From Camelus ferus (taxonomy: Eukaryota), in assembly GCF_009834535.1 (NCBI RefSeq), contig NC_045696.1, positions 118,856,001 to 118,920,000 on the forward strand: DNA of 64,000 bases, read 5' to 3'. A program made the translations under genes and the position numbers. Below, in pieces: positions 62,575 to 64,000 of the stretch (the stretch's first letter is position 1; every line of letters starts with the position of its first letter). The notes under the pieces are model-generated. The model was given only the letters and a program-made list of their open reading frames with translations, did not search any database and was not told where the DNA came from.

Positions 62575-62985
62575 GTAGAGCACAGGCTCAGAGCTAGCTT
62601 GTCTGGGTTTGAATCTCAGACTTGGACTTTCTCTCTGTGTGACCTTGGGTGAGTGACTCAACCTCTCTGTGCCATTTGTAACTTGAGGATAAAAAGAGAA
62701 CCATCTAATGGGATTGCTATGAAAACGTTTTTCTTTTCTTTTCTAAATTTCTTGTTTGGGGGAGAGGATAATTAGGTTTATTAACTCATTCACTTATTTA
62801 TTTATTATTTATTTTAATGGAGGTGCTGGGGATTGAACCCAGGACCTTGTTCATGCTAAGCACCCGCTCTACCACTGAGCTATACCCTCCCCTGGGTTGC
62901 TATGAAAATTAAAATGAGTTCATCCAAGCAAGTGCTTAGGGCAGTGCCAGGCACATAGTTAGTGCTCTAAATGTCAATATATTAT
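62575..62985 (+). mobile_element. MIR interrupted by SINE
   Basis: ctgtgtgaccttgggtgagtgactcaacctctctgtgcc ... agtgcttagggcagtgccaggcacatag. Confidence 0.85.
62728..62892 (-). mobile_element. Vic-1-type SINE, long form
   Basis: TSD ttgctatgaaaa at 62714-62725 and 62897-62908. Confidence 0.93.
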
Positions 62986-63427
62986 TTTTCTCTCACCTAC
63001 TGGAGATACATTTTTGGCCCCTTTGCTCTGTGCACTTACTTTCCCACCTTCTTCTTTGATCCCAGTGACAGGTCACTCTCTAGCTCAATATCCTTCAATG
63101 ACACCCCACTGTCGGCCCAATAAGCTGAGATATGCTGGCTGTATCCAGAATGTTTCCTCCCTCCTTCCCTGCGAGACCAGTGCCTATCCCTCCTCCTCCA
63201 GGCTCACGTTCCATGATGCCTCCTACAAGAAGCCTTCCGAGACCGCCTCCTCAGAAGCCTCTGCTTCCTTCCAGGGACCCTTGTCCCTGCCTCCCTCCAG
63301 CACATCTCCAGCACAGCCATCCAGTATGTGCTTGCCTTCTCTCACCTCATGTCCACTCTGTGTCTTCTTCTCTCCCTACAATTTCCTCTACAGCATGTTC
63401 TCTCAGTGCTAAACACTGAAGTGCATG

Positions 63428-64000
63428 TGAGACAGGAGGGAAGGGGGCAGGGCACAACCATTAAAAGGGTGACACAGCCATTAGTACCAAGGTGGTGGGA
63501 GCTCCAACTCCCAGAAGATCTTGAGGCCCAGGATGGTAGGAGATTTGACTTCTGGTAGACCTTGAGCTTCATTATAGGCTGACTGTAATATATTACCATG
63601 GTAAACGGCACTCCCAAGGGCACCATGACAGTTTCAAGGCTGACCATAAAAGGTCAAAAAGTGGGTGATGGCTCAGTTCCTGGGACTCCCAGCCCTTTCC
63701 CCAAAGTAGTTGGAATAATCCTCCCACACATTAGTATATGAAGTACCGAGCCCATAAAATCTAACAACGGAGCGCCTCGTGGCCTATCTCATTTTTCCTA
63801 GCTGACCCCGTGCTCTGAGTCTGCCGCTCTCCCTTCTGAGTAAGTTGGCCCGCACTCTGCTTATGGAGTGTGCATCTCCTAGGTCTTTCTCTCACCTTCT
63901 GAGACAGCCTGCACTCATTTATGGAGTATGCACCTCTCTGAATAAGTCTGCTTTTACTGTACCATGACTCATTCTTGAATTCTTTCCTGCGCGAAGCCCA
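63428..64000 (+). mobile_element. MER41-like ERV1 LTR (runs off window end)
   Basis: cactccca..gcaccatgacagttt...gaataatcc...cccataaaa...tatggagt...tgaattctttcctgcgcga parallels the MER41 consensus as recalled. Confidence 0.75.

Noticed and set aside
1..64000. L1 strand bias as evidence of a minus-strand host gene; scattered AP-1 sites
   Set aside because: L1s occur on both strands in small numbers. About nine TGA(C/G)TCA sites is near random expectation for 64 kb.

Overview
Mammalian genomic DNA that appears non-coding (intergenic or deep intronic). It is very probably camelid (Camelus or Vicugna/Lama), because it carries 12 copies of a tRNA-Ala(AGC)-derived SINE matching Vic-1 as I recall it, plus young L1 3' ends. 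I could not support any protein-coding exon, RNA gene, processed pseudogene or CRISPR-like system. The only recognisable peptides in the ORF track are decayed LINE-1 ORF2 fragments. Much of the window is interspersed repeat: L1, L2, L3/CR1, MIR, Vic-1 SINEs, hAT DNA transposons, ERVL/MaLR LTRs and three ERV1-type LTRs. There is one 100-N assembly gap. The most notable items are regulatory candidates: a solo LTR with a phased 23-bp CCAAT array, two octamers and a TATA box; an orphan CpG-rich island with clustered kappaB sites; an RFX X-box module; and a MER41-like LTR with broken GAS sites. A few unusual retroposition footprints also stand out. Repeat names come from recalled consensus sequences, not database searches, and boundaries are approximate.
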